This document shows positions 50,123 through 58,456 of a stretch of DNA of 64,000 nucleotides, in pieces. Within the stretch, counting starts at the first letter, position 1. Every line of letters starts with the position of its first letter. The stretch is from Patescibacteria group bacterium (lineage in GTDB: Bacteria; Patescibacteriota; Patescibacteriia; UBA1558; GWA2-36-10). The notes under the pieces are model-generated. The model worked only from the letters and a program-made list of their open reading frames with translations, did no database searches and was not told the origin of the DNA. Made by a program: the position numbers and the translations under genes. The stretch covers positions 11,602 through 75,601 of the forward strand of contig JBAYIR010000002.1 in NCBI GenBank assembly GCA_041665505.1, written 5' to 3'.

Positions 50123-51946
50123 TTAGTAAGATATTGTGTCACCGTTATTTAAACCACTAATAACTTCTACATATTGACCGTCAGTAAATCCAGTCACCAC
50201 TGGAATCCAGTCACCAGATTGACTAAGCACAGAAGGATTATTATTAACATTTTTGACAGCGTCCACTGGAATTATCAAAACATCTTTGGCTTCAGCAGTC
50301 ACAAAATCTACAAAAGCTGTCATGCCCTCTCTGATTTGTACATCACCTTTGTTGTTTATTACTATCCTGACTAAGTAAGTGACAATGCCACTATTATCAG
50401 TTTCTGAAGTTAAAGAAATAAATGTAACTGCTCCTTCTAATTTTAATCCCTCTAAGGAATCAAAAGTAGCATAAGCTATTTGACCATTTTTTATATTATT
50501 TATTTCTACCTCCTCTATTTGAGCCTCTATAAACAAGGTATCATTGTTTATGATTACAGCTACTGGATCACTGGTGCTGTTATCAACAATAATATCCCCC
50601 GTTTTATAATTTAACATCGCCACCTCTCCATCAATAGGTGAAATAATAGTAGCTTGCTCTAGGTCTAATTGAGCTTTTTCCAAACTAATACTAGCTGACG
50701 TCAACTTGGAGTTGGCTGAATTTTTTTCTGATGTAGTCAAGGGAGCTAATAATTCTTGATAATCGCGTTTGGCTTGTTCCAAACTTAATTCTTTGGACTG
50801 CAAACTAGCCTCCGCATTTTTTATATTTCTATCAGCTTCAGCCAGAGCATTATCATAATCTATAATATAATCTGCTAAACCATCTTTAGCTTCATCAACA
50901 GCCGTTATTTTGCTGTTCAAAGTAGTAATTTTTGTATTAATAGCCGAGCGGTTACTATCAATAGTGCTTATAAAAGTATCCAAAGAATTTTGAGATAAAT
51001 CTGTGGAGGTAATAGTGGCATCTAAAACCAATTTCATTCTATAAAGATGATCCTCAAAAATTTCTAAAGTTTCTAGAGTCTGCTCTGCGGCTATATCAAT
51101 ATCAAAATAATTAGAACTATTATTCAAATATATAACTAAATTATTTAAAATTTTCAAGCTATCTCTAGCTTGAATATATGTGGTCTGAGCTTGACTAAGT
51201 GTAGTGCTATCTTTAGCTCCTAATAAATTTTCATAAGCATCATTTAAATGCTCGTCATCTACACCGATAATCTCATCTGAATTTCTCAGAATAGAATTAA
51301 AACTAATATTAGTTGATTTGAGGGTATCCACTAAAGCATCATAAGCATCATTAACATCTTGACTACTTAGCTCATCTTTATTTTCATCCAGATTATTTTT
51401 AGCATTTCTGATGCTCTCTTCTGCCGACTGTTTAGTATTAGCTAGAGATATTTGAGCCTGAGTCAAAGAGATTTCAGCTGTAGTAATTTTGTCTTTGGCA
51501 GTAGCTATTTCACTATCACTAGCCCCAGCTATAATTTCATTGTAATCAGCCAACACTGCTAGATAACTAGCATAAGCGTTTCTGACGCTCATCTCCAAAG
51601 TAGATGTTTTTACAGTCGCTATCTTATCACCTTTCAAAATTTTATCCCCTTCTTTTACAAACACTTGCTCAATTTCTAGATTGTCCCCACTAACTGAAAA
51701 AGATAATTCTACTCCATCCTCTGCTACCACCTTACCATCTGATTCGATAGCTATACTCAAATCGTCTTTTTTAACAGACCATATTTTTTGTTCTGTGACT
51801 ACCTCTTGCTTATTATTTTTATTAAAAAAATAATAGACCAGACTGAACGCTAGCAAAATAATAATAAGAGCTAAAATTGTTTTTTTACCAAATTTAAATT
51901 TAAATTTTTTTCTAGCTTGTTTACTTTCCTCAATTATAGAAGTCAT
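50123..51946 (-). CDS. Periplasmic adaptor (HlyD/MFP-like) subunit with a long coiled coil
   Basis: N-terminal TM anchor, a ~300-aa coiled-coil/low-complexity region and C-terminal beta-barrel-like domains; 2-nt gap to the ABC ATPase. Confidence 0.6.
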   Translation of the reverse strand: MTSIIEESKQARKKFKFKFGKKTILALIIILLAFSLVYYFFNKNNKQEVVTEQKIWSVKKDDLSIAIESDGKVVAEDGVELSFSVSGDNLEIEQVFVKEGDKILKGDKIATVKTSTLEMSVRNAYASYLAVLADYNEIIAGASDSEIATAKDKITTAEISLTQAQISLANTKQSAEESIRNAKNNLDENKDELSSQDVNDAYDALVDTLKSTNISFNSILRNSDEIIGVDDEHLNDAYENLLGAKDSTTLSQAQTTYIQARDSLKILNNLVIYLNNSSNYFDIDIAAEQTLETLEIFEDHLYRMKLVLDATITSTDLSQNSLDTFISTIDSNRSAINTKITTLNSKITAVDEAKDGLADYIIDYDNALAEADRNIKNAEASLQSKELSLEQAKRDYQELLAPLTTSEKNSANSKLTSASISLEKAQLDLEQATIISPIDGEVAMLNYKTGDIIVDNSTSDPVAVIINNDTLFIEAQIEEVEINNIKNGQIAYATFDSLEGLKLEGAVTFISLTSETDNSGIVTYLVRIVINNKGDVQIREGMTAFVDFVTAEAKDVLIIPVDAVKNVNNNPSVLSQSGDWIPVVTGFTDGQYVEVISGLNNGDTISY

Positions 51947-51958
51947 GTTATTTACAAA

Positions 51959-52519
51959 TTAATTGATTATCACAAACTCTGCTATATTACGATCTTCAAT
52001 ATCTTTGTTAAGCCAAATCATTAGAGTCTGATTGGTTTTGATATCCAGTAAAGTAGCCTCGGTCATTTCTCCATTAACATTTGTCAACATTTTTATACCC
52101 ACTGGTATAGTCACCTTAGCTTCACCTGTAGACATACTCTTCATCATTGCCAAACGACTTTCTTCGTCCATATTAGCTCTATTCCCAGTACCTCCACCCA
52201 TACCTGGTCTCATTCCAGCACCTCCCCCAAAGCCAGCTACTGGAGCTTGTTTACTTTCTTCATTATCATTTCCTATAAGCTGCTCGTCTGGTATTTCTTC
52301 TCTATTTGGCATGTTTAATTCTAAGATTGTTACTTCATTGCCAATTACATTTGAAACCAAACCTCGCATATTTGGTTCTTCTTCTGGCCTGACAAAATCT
52401 GGCATATTATTATCTGATTTAACATTTTCAGGATTTAAGGCTTGATTATCATTAGTTTGGATACCACAGCCTGATAACAAAATGACTAATAAAAAGCTCA
52501 AAAATAGCGATTTTTTCAT
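51959..52519 (-). CDS. Lipoprotein (LSGC lipobox), Gly-rich, function unknown; first gene of the exporter cluster
   Basis: MKKSLFLSFLLVILLSGCG signal peptidase II lipobox. Confidence 0.5.
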   Translation of the reverse strand: MKKSLFLSFLLVILLSGCGIQTNDNQALNPENVKSDNNMPDFVRPEEEPNMRGLVSNVIGNEVTILELNMPNREEIPDEQLIGNDNEESKQAPVAGFGGGAGMRPGMGGGTGNRANMDEESRLAMMKSMSTGEAKVTIPVGIKMLTNVNGEMTEATLLDIKTNQTLMIWLNKDIEDRNIAEFVIIN

Positions 52520-52591
52520 ATTTTTATTTAATTATATTATTCTACTACCTAATACGTTAATTGACGGAATATCTTTCATTATTATGAAAAC

Positions 52592-52630
52592 AAAAATCAC
52601 CCCAACATAGGTCGCTTAGGGTGATTTTTA
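52592..52630. terminator. Strong bidirectional terminator (10-11-bp stem AAAATCACCC/GGGTGATTTT)
   Basis: Perfect stem flanked by T/A-runs; lies between the cupin gene and the lipoprotein gene. Confidence 0.6.
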
Positions 52631-52647
52631 AAAATATTTTTTAACTA

Positions 52648-53046
52648 CTACTCAGTAGTCTGGCCGTCGAAATCTTCTTCATTGGCTTCGGCTTCTTCTT
52701 TGGTAGCTCTGACAATCCCATCTTTATGATGAGCTGGGGAATAAATAGTATAAAGTTTCAAATCCTCAGTCTCTGAAGTATTGATTATGTTGTGCTGAGC
52801 TCCGGCTGGTACTACTACTGCTACTCCGTCTGACAGGGCATATTCATGGCCATCAATAATACATTTGCCCTCACCACTTTCAAAACGGAAAAATTGATCA
52901 TTGTCAGCATGAATTTCTTGACCAATTTCTGATTTTGGAGCGATACTCATCAAAACTAATTGGCTATGTTTTGAGCTGTAGAGCACCTGACGAAAATTTT
53001 TATTGGCCAGAGTCTCCTGCTCAATGTTAATACTAAATCCTTTCAT
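52648..53046 (-). CDS. Cupin domain protein
   Basis: 132 aa; a cupin motif G(X)5HXH-like region (EIHADNDQFFRFESGEG …PAGAQHN). Confidence 0.65.
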   Translation of the reverse strand: MKGFSINIEQETLANKNFRQVLYSSKHSQLVLMSIAPKSEIGQEIHADNDQFFRFESGEGKCIIDGHEYALSDGVAVVVPAGAQHNIINTSETEDLKLYTIYSPAHHKDGIVRATKEEAEANEEDFDGQTTE

Positions 53047-53066
53047 AGTTTTTATATTTTAAAAAG

Positions 53067-53612
53067 TTAATTAAACTTCATATCATACCAATCTAAATTG
53101 TATTCTTTTTGTATCAAAGTGCGCTCGCCATCATTCCATGTTTTATGATTTTCTAATTCCAATAATTTAATACCCTCTTTCACATGATCTTCACTTTGCC
53201 CTTCAATTTCTATAAAAGGCGGCATATTAGGATATTTGTCTATATCAAAACGCCATTCTTTATAATTCCAAGAGATTCGATCTTTTTCCTGATGAGCATA
53301 AGGTTCCAGACCGATTTCTTCAAAAAGATCCCCCATAGATTCAGGCTGAAGTAATGCAAAATTAATTTCTTTATGCCTACGAGCAACTCCCAAAATATCT
53401 GACTTAGCTTTCCAAGTAAGTTCAGAGCTACCGTCACTGCGGGAACGAATTCGTAAAAACCAAGGATCTTGTCCCTCAATCACGCCTTTCAATCTATACC
53501 AATCAACTACAAAACGAGTATCTTGAACTTTTATTGCGCCTAATTTTAACAATATATCATTTATCTTTATAGTATCAATATCCAAGACCTTAGTTTCAAT
53601 TTCTTGAGCCAT
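53067..53612 (-). CDS. CYTH (triphosphate tunnel metalloenzyme) domain protein
   Basis: N-terminal EIETKVL matches the CYTH ExExK signature; ~180 aa. Confidence 0.6.
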   Translation of the reverse strand: MAQEIETKVLDIDTIKINDILLKLGAIKVQDTRFVVDWYRLKGVIEGQDPWFLRIRSRSDGSSELTWKAKSDILGVARRHKEINFALLQPESMGDLFEEIGLEPYAHQEKDRISWNYKEWRFDIDKYPNMPPFIEIEGQSEDHVKEGIKLLELENHKTWNDGERTLIQKEYNLDWYDMKFN

Positions 53613-53680
53613 AAAATATTTATAATCTAAATAAATTAATACTACTTATAGTATAGCAAATAATAAATTTTAGAGCGATT

Positions 53681-54658
53681 TTAATAAGTTACTATTTTTA
53701 TAAAGTGTCCTTTGTTTACCCAATCGGCATGTTTTTGTAGCTCTTCTTTAAAAGTTGGAAACTCTTCGCTAACTCTTTTTAATCTGTCTTCATCTATGAT
53801 AAATTTTGGGTCTACAAAACGTAATTTATTTTTTGCATAAAAATCATAATTTTCGGAATCAGAAATAATTTCGAATTTAGGATTCAATTTTTCAAGATAG
53901 CTAATTACCTCTTTATGCCCAGACTCTTTTAGTTTATTATAAACAAAATTGTCATCAGTAAATAAATCATCTTGGCTAATAATTTTTTCTTTTAAAGCTA
54001 CCTTAATAGCGTCTGCTAAAACTTGGAAAAGCGCTATCTCCATTGGATGAGACCAATATTTATAATCCATTTCCAAAAAATCTTTGGCAAAATCTAAGGC
54101 AAGGTTTTTATCACTAAAAATAATTTCATTATTAAAAACTCTTAAACTATTTATATAACTTTTAATATTTTTTATGTTATTATCTCCCATACCCAGCCTA
54201 TCTCTTAAAGAATAGTCAATTCTATCCGCACACAAGTCTGGCAATTTTCTTTCCAAAATAGGAAAATTTTTTTCATCCAAAATTCTACTCAAATCAAAAT
54301 TATATTTTTTCAAAATATCTGGAATTTCAGAATTTTTTATAATACCCTCATGGAATTTCTCATGAAACTCATGGTCTTTGTTTTCAAAAACAAAATCAAT
54401 AACATGCGAAAAAGCAGTATGTGGAACATCGTGAAGCAATCCTGCTATTTGTTCTTCCAAAGGAGCTTTTAAAAATCTTAACAAAAGCATCACTCCTAAA
54501 GAGTGCTCATAACGACTAATTAACTTCGGCAAAACATACTGCGACGCACCAGCCTGATTGATACCCTTGAGTCTTAAAACCGGTTTAGAAGCAATGAGCT
54601 CCAACAAGACTTCGTCTTGTATATCAAATGTTCCGTAAACTCTATCTTTAATAATCAT
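53681..54658 (-). CDS. HD-domain phosphohydrolase (COG1078 / SAMHD1-like N-terminal region)
   Basis: DRVYGTFDIQDEVLLELIASKPVLRLKGINQ followed by an HD motif (LLHDVPHTAFSH). Confidence 0.7.
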   Translation of the reverse strand: MIIKDRVYGTFDIQDEVLLELIASKPVLRLKGINQAGASQYVLPKLISRYEHSLGVMLLLRFLKAPLEEQIAGLLHDVPHTAFSHVIDFVFENKDHEFHEKFHEGIIKNSEIPDILKKYNFDLSRILDEKNFPILERKLPDLCADRIDYSLRDRLGMGDNNIKNIKSYINSLRVFNNEIIFSDKNLALDFAKDFLEMDYKYWSHPMEIALFQVLADAIKVALKEKIISQDDLFTDDNFVYNKLKESGHKEVISYLEKLNPKFEIISDSENYDFYAKNKLRFVDPKFIIDEDRLKRVSEEFPTFKEELQKHADWVNKGHFIKIVTY

Positions 54659-54734
54659 ATTTTAACTTTACACTCAAAAACTCCTAAAATCAAGCAACAA
54701 AATATTAATAAATAAACTATTTTAATATATATAA

Positions 54735-54762
54735 TTCTAAAACTAAAATCGGCTTTCGTAAA
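54735..54762. terminator. Bidirectional terminator (12-bp stem AAAATCGGCTTT/AAAGCCGATTTT)
   Basis: Perfect hairpin with a 4-nt loop, flanked by A/T runs. Confidence 0.65.
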
Positions 54763-54780
54763 AGCCGATTTTATAATCCT

Positions 54781-54969
54781 CTAATCTAGAAGTCCTGCTA
54801 GGTGCAGGAGATAGAGAAATAGTCCACTCGAGACAATAAATATTGCCCAACCAAGGCTTAATCCGACTGGAGAACCCCACTCATCCCATCTTGATCGGCG
54901 AGATTTTCGCTCTAGCCAATACCTTTGATCGGCGGTCAAACTAAGCTTGTCGTCTTCGTTTTTATCCAT
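54781..54969 (-). CDS. Small hypothetical protein with a C-terminal TM helix
   Basis: 62-aa ORF; basic N-terminus, hydrophobic C-terminus; coding status uncertain. Confidence 0.3.
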   Translation of the reverse strand: MDKNEDDKLSLTADQRYWLERKSRRSRWDEWGSPVGLSLGWAIFIVSSGLFLYLLHLAGLLD

Positions 54970-55268
54970 AAAAAAATATAATAAAAATTTGAGTTATATT
55001 ATCCAATCGACCATTTATTTTTTGGATAATTTGGGGCTCTTGATTTTTGTTGATTGGGACCCCTTTTGTTGTCTCAAGAGCAAGACGGAGTGCAAATTCC
55101 AATATTTAATATATTAACTTATTTTTTATTTAGTAGCAAATATAGGTACAGAGGCCTCAGATTGGTCCTAGTGCATGACAAAGTATCATTATAATAACGA
55201 TAAATACATATTGACAAACGATAAATAACAGTTTAAGATACCTATATAAATAGTTTAAAGAATTAATT

Positions 55269-55760
55269 ATGAAAAAAAGCTCAACAATATTTCTTCAGGT
55301 AGTCATTGTGCTTATCGGCGTCGTGGCACTAGCTATCCTGATCCGCTTTCCTTTGACTGAAGGGAGAGCTGCAAATTTAGACCTTCTGAGTATCTACGCT
55401 GATCCCTTTCTGATATATGGCTATCTAGCTTCTATCGCATTTTTTGTTGCCCTGTATCAGGCTTTCAAATTACTCGGATATATCGGGCAGAATAAAGTAT
55501 TCTCACTAAACTCTGTGAAGGCCTTAAGGACTATAAAATATTGCGCAATCATACTGAGTTTCTCAATCGTGATAGCGGCAATATATATAAGGATATCTTA
55601 TGGGATATCTCCTGCTAAAGATGATGATCCAGCGGGCTTTATTGCTATGTGTATTGTGACTACTTTTATTTCCATTGTAATCGCTACTGCCGCGGCTGTG
55701 TTTGAAAGCCTTTTACAAAGCGCTATAGATATAAAATCGGAAAATGATTTAATAGTATAA
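55269..55760 (+). CDS. DUF2975-like membrane protein (paralog 1)
   Basis: 163 aa, 4 TM; conserved YQ(A/S)(F/L)KLLG(Y/H)I...KALR(T/N)IKYCAI motif shared with the next gene. Confidence 0.55.
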   Translation: MKKSSTIFLQVVIVLIGVVALAILIRFPLTEGRAANLDLLSIYADPFLIYGYLASIAFFVALYQAFKLLGYIGQNKVFSLNSVKALRTIKYCAIILSFSIVIAAIYIRISYGISPAKDDDPAGFIAMCIVTTFISIVIATAAAVFESLLQSAIDIKSENDLIV

Positions 55761-55772
55761 TAAATAAATTTT

Positions 55773-56234
55773 ATGAAAAAAGGAACAACATTATTTTTAA
55801 AAATAGTTATTGCTCTCATAGGAGCCGCGGTACTAGCTCTGGGTATTACCTTTACGATAGCCGTGGCAGATGAGGATGGGAAAATGTATATTCCCATGTT
55901 AATAGTAATGTATGTAACGGCAATACCGTTTTTTTTCGCGTTATATCAATCGCTGAAGCTACTCGGCCATATCGATAAGAACATAGCCTTCTCGGAATTG
56001 TCAGTTAAGGCATTGAGGAACATAAAATATTGCGCAATTGCAATCAGTGTCTTGTATGTTGCAGGCATGCCCCTTTTAGTTTTTGTAGCTAATAAAGACG
56101 ATGCCCCTGGTGCAGTAGGGTTTGGACTAATTTTTACTCTCGCCTCGATTGTAGTAGCAACCTTAGCGGCCGTGCTTCAAAGGCTTATACAGCATGGATT
56201 AGATATGAAGTCAGAGAATGATTTAACAGTATAA
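55773..56234 (+). CDS. DUF2975-like membrane protein (paralog 2)
   Basis: 153 aa; about 45% identical to the preceding gene; followed by an HTH-XRE gene. Confidence 0.55.
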   Translation: MKKGTTLFLKIVIALIGAAVLALGITFTIAVADEDGKMYIPMLIVMYVTAIPFFFALYQSLKLLGHIDKNIAFSELSVKALRNIKYCAIAISVLYVAGMPLLVFVANKDDAPGAVGFGLIFTLASIVVATLAAVLQRLIQHGLDMKSENDLTV

Positions 56235-56240
56235 AAATAT

Positions 56241-56444
56241 ATGGCAATAATAATTAACATCGATATAATGTTGGCGAAGAGAAAAATGAGTGTCACCGAA
56301 CTGGCCGACAAAGTCGGAATAACTATGGCTAATATCTCAGTCCTGAAAAATGCTAAAGCTAAAGCTATTCGTTTATCAACCTTGGAAGCAATTTGCAAAG
56401 CCTTGGAATGTCAACCGGGAGATATTTTAGAATATAAAGATTAA
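56241..56444 (+). CDS. HTH XRE-family transcriptional regulator (YozG-like)
   Basis: 67 aa; MSVTELADKVGITMANISVLKN…LSTLEAICKALECQPGDI. Confidence 0.75.
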   Translation: MAIIINIDIMLAKRKMSVTELADKVGITMANISVLKNAKAKAIRLSTLEAICKALECQPGDILEYKD

Positions 56445-56492
56445 AAAATGCTGAGCTTTATTTTACGATAAATCCTTTTTGCTATGGAGTTC

Positions 56493-56873
56493 CTATCCTT
56501 CTACTTCCACATTAAAACCTCCGTAGGCCATGCGCTGCATATCAAATGGCATAGAAAAATCTTTTGTGTCCTTATACTTTTCGTCCATCTCAGCCATCAC
56601 CTTTTTGTTTACCTCGTCTCGATGCTGTTTGGACTCAAACACAATAAATGAAAACCATACAGTTTCGTCTGCATTTGCTTTGGCTAGCTCAGTAAACGCA
56701 AGTGGCTTCATACCGCCTGTTTCTTTGGGCTCAAGATCGTCACCCTTGCATTCATAATATTCAAGTGCACCATGCTTCATCCACATATCGCGGCCTTCGC
56801 TAGCCATCTTTGTATATTCCTGTACTTTGTCTTTGGGAACTACTAGTACAAACCCGTCTATATATTTTGACAT
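56493..56873 (-). CDS. DUF1428 family protein
   Basis: N-terminal SKYIDGFVLVVPKDKVQEYTKMA is the characteristic DUF1428 start. Confidence 0.6.
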   Translation of the reverse strand: MSKYIDGFVLVVPKDKVQEYTKMASEGRDMWMKHGALEYYECKGDDLEPKETGGMKPLAFTELAKANADETVWFSFIVFESKQHRDEVNKKVMAEMDEKYKDTKDFSMPFDMQRMAYGGFNVEVEG

Positions 56874-57007
56874 ATTATTTTTTATCTTAATAATTAACTA
56901 AATTTAGTTTATCAAATTATCCTTTGAAAAGCTAGAATCGTTATAATGCAAACAAATTTTTTTGTTAAGCTTTAATTATCTACAGCTAATAATTACTGCC
57001 CAAACAA

Positions 57008-57046
57008 AAAACACTTCACTTAATGTGGTGTTTTTTTGATTTTTTA
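57008..57046. terminator. Bidirectional terminator downstream of tRNA-Ser
   Basis: AACAC..CAC..GTG..GTGTT imperfect hairpin followed by T7 on the plus strand and TTTTGTTT on the minus strand. Confidence 0.45.
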
Positions 57047-57091
57047 TTTTATAGCGACCGGCATCTCGCCGAAGCCTCTGGCGAAGGCGGA

Positions 57092-57181
57092 TGGCGGAAG
57101 GTGAGGGATTCGAACCCTCGGAGGTTTTGACACCTCACACGCTTTCCAAGCGTGCGCACTAGACCACTATGCGAACCTTCC
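57092..57181 (-). tRNA. tRNA-Ser (anticodon GGA), CCA-encoded, long variable arm
   Basis: Manual fold: acceptor GGAAGGT/ACCTTCC; D-stem GCAT/GTGC; anticodon stem CACGC/GCGTG with loop TTGGAAA; variable stem GAGG/CCTC; T-arm GAGGG-TTCGAAT-CCCTC; discriminator G; CCA. Confidence 0.85.
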
Positions 57182-57441
57182 ATTTAAAAAAAATGCTACT
57201 AAACTAAGTGTATTAACTACTCTGTCTGCCTGTGGTAGCTAGAGTAAGAAGGGGCCACCCCCGCAGAGCAGGATGCCGCCTGTGGCGGCATCTGCGAAGC
57301 TTTCAAATACGAACTCTATTATAAATTTTATTGCCCCATTAGTCAATATACAAAATACTTGATCTAAATATTAAACCCCTGTTTGACTAAACAAAGTGAC
57401 ACAAGGTAAAATAGACTATATTAATTATATAATATATAAAT

Positions 57442-58395
57442 ATGTTTGAAATATTTGTAGTAATTATCCCTTTATTTTTAATAATTTTTGCTAGCGCTAT
57501 TTTTAGTTACTTCCACAAGCTAGATACCAGCTGGCAAAAAGTTCTCAATTCTTTTGCTCTAAATATTGGTCTACCGGCTTTGATATTTTCATCTTTAGCT
57601 AAAGTGTCGCTGCAAGGAAAATTTGATATTATTTTAGCTAATTCTCTATTTTTACTACTGAGTTTTACTCTAGTCTATGTTTTTGGAAAAATTCTAAAAA
57701 TCAAAACCAAGACTTTAAAAACATTATTTATCTGTTTAGCCTTTGGTAATATTGCTTATTTAGGTATCCCAGTTTTAACTCAAGTATATGGTCAAAAAAT
57801 ATTACCGGAATTAAGTCTGATTATTGGTGTCCACCTTTTTTGGCTCTTTACTATTGGCTTAGGATTTTTGGATTATGATATTTCCAAACCACAAAGTTGG
57901 ATTGGCAAATTATTTCACCAGAAAAGCAAAGAAGATATTATCAAACACATTGGTCTGGATTTAATAAAAAATCCAATAATCATTGCTATTTTATTGGGAC
58001 TACTAGTAGCTGCATCTCATATTTCTCTGCCCAAAATTATCACGACTCCGATAGAGATGCTATCTGCTTCTGTCAGCCCCATAGTTTTAATAGTGATAGG
58101 TCTGTTTATTGTTCAATCCAAGCTTGGACAGCTCAAAGAATGGCTACCAGTTTTGGCTTTCACTGCCATTACTTTATTTATATCACCGTCTATATTTTAT
58201 TATGGGCTCAAAATATTTACTTCTGATCTAACAAAATATACTCCTTCTATTATAGAAGTAGCTATGCCACTAGCTATTACTCCTTTTGCCTTGGCTGATA
58301 AATTTGACTTAGATAAAAAATTTATTGCGCGAGCTATAGTACTAAGTACTATACTTTCTATTATTACTATTCCGCTTTGGATTAGTATCTTATAA
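57442..58395 (+). CDS. AEC (auxin efflux carrier / Mem_trans) family transporter
   Basis: 317 aa, about 10 TM in two 5-TM halves with a central hydrophilic loop. Confidence 0.7.
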   Translation: MFEIFVVIIPLFLIIFASAIFSYFHKLDTSWQKVLNSFALNIGLPALIFSSLAKVSLQGKFDIILANSLFLLLSFTLVYVFGKILKIKTKTLKTLFICLAFGNIAYLGIPVLTQVYGQKILPELSLIIGVHLFWLFTIGLGFLDYDISKPQSWIGKLFHQKSKEDIIKHIGLDLIKNPIIIAILLGLLVAASHISLPKIITTPIEMLSASVSPIVLIVIGLFIVQSKLGQLKEWLPVLAFTAITLFISPSIFYYGLKIFTSDLTKYTPSIIEVAMPLAITPFALADKFDLDKKFIARAIVLSTILSIITIPLWISIL

Positions 58396-58456
58396 ATACA
58401 CAAACAAAATAAAAGCCCCTACTAAGAGGCTTTTTGTTTTATTTATTTTTTTGATA

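Noticed and set aside
57220-57300. Possible 4.5S/SRP RNA in the GC-rich hairpins next to tRNA-Ser
   Set aside because: The hairpin loops (CCA, TGT) and flanks do not match the helix-8 GNRA/AGCAGC consensus on either strand.
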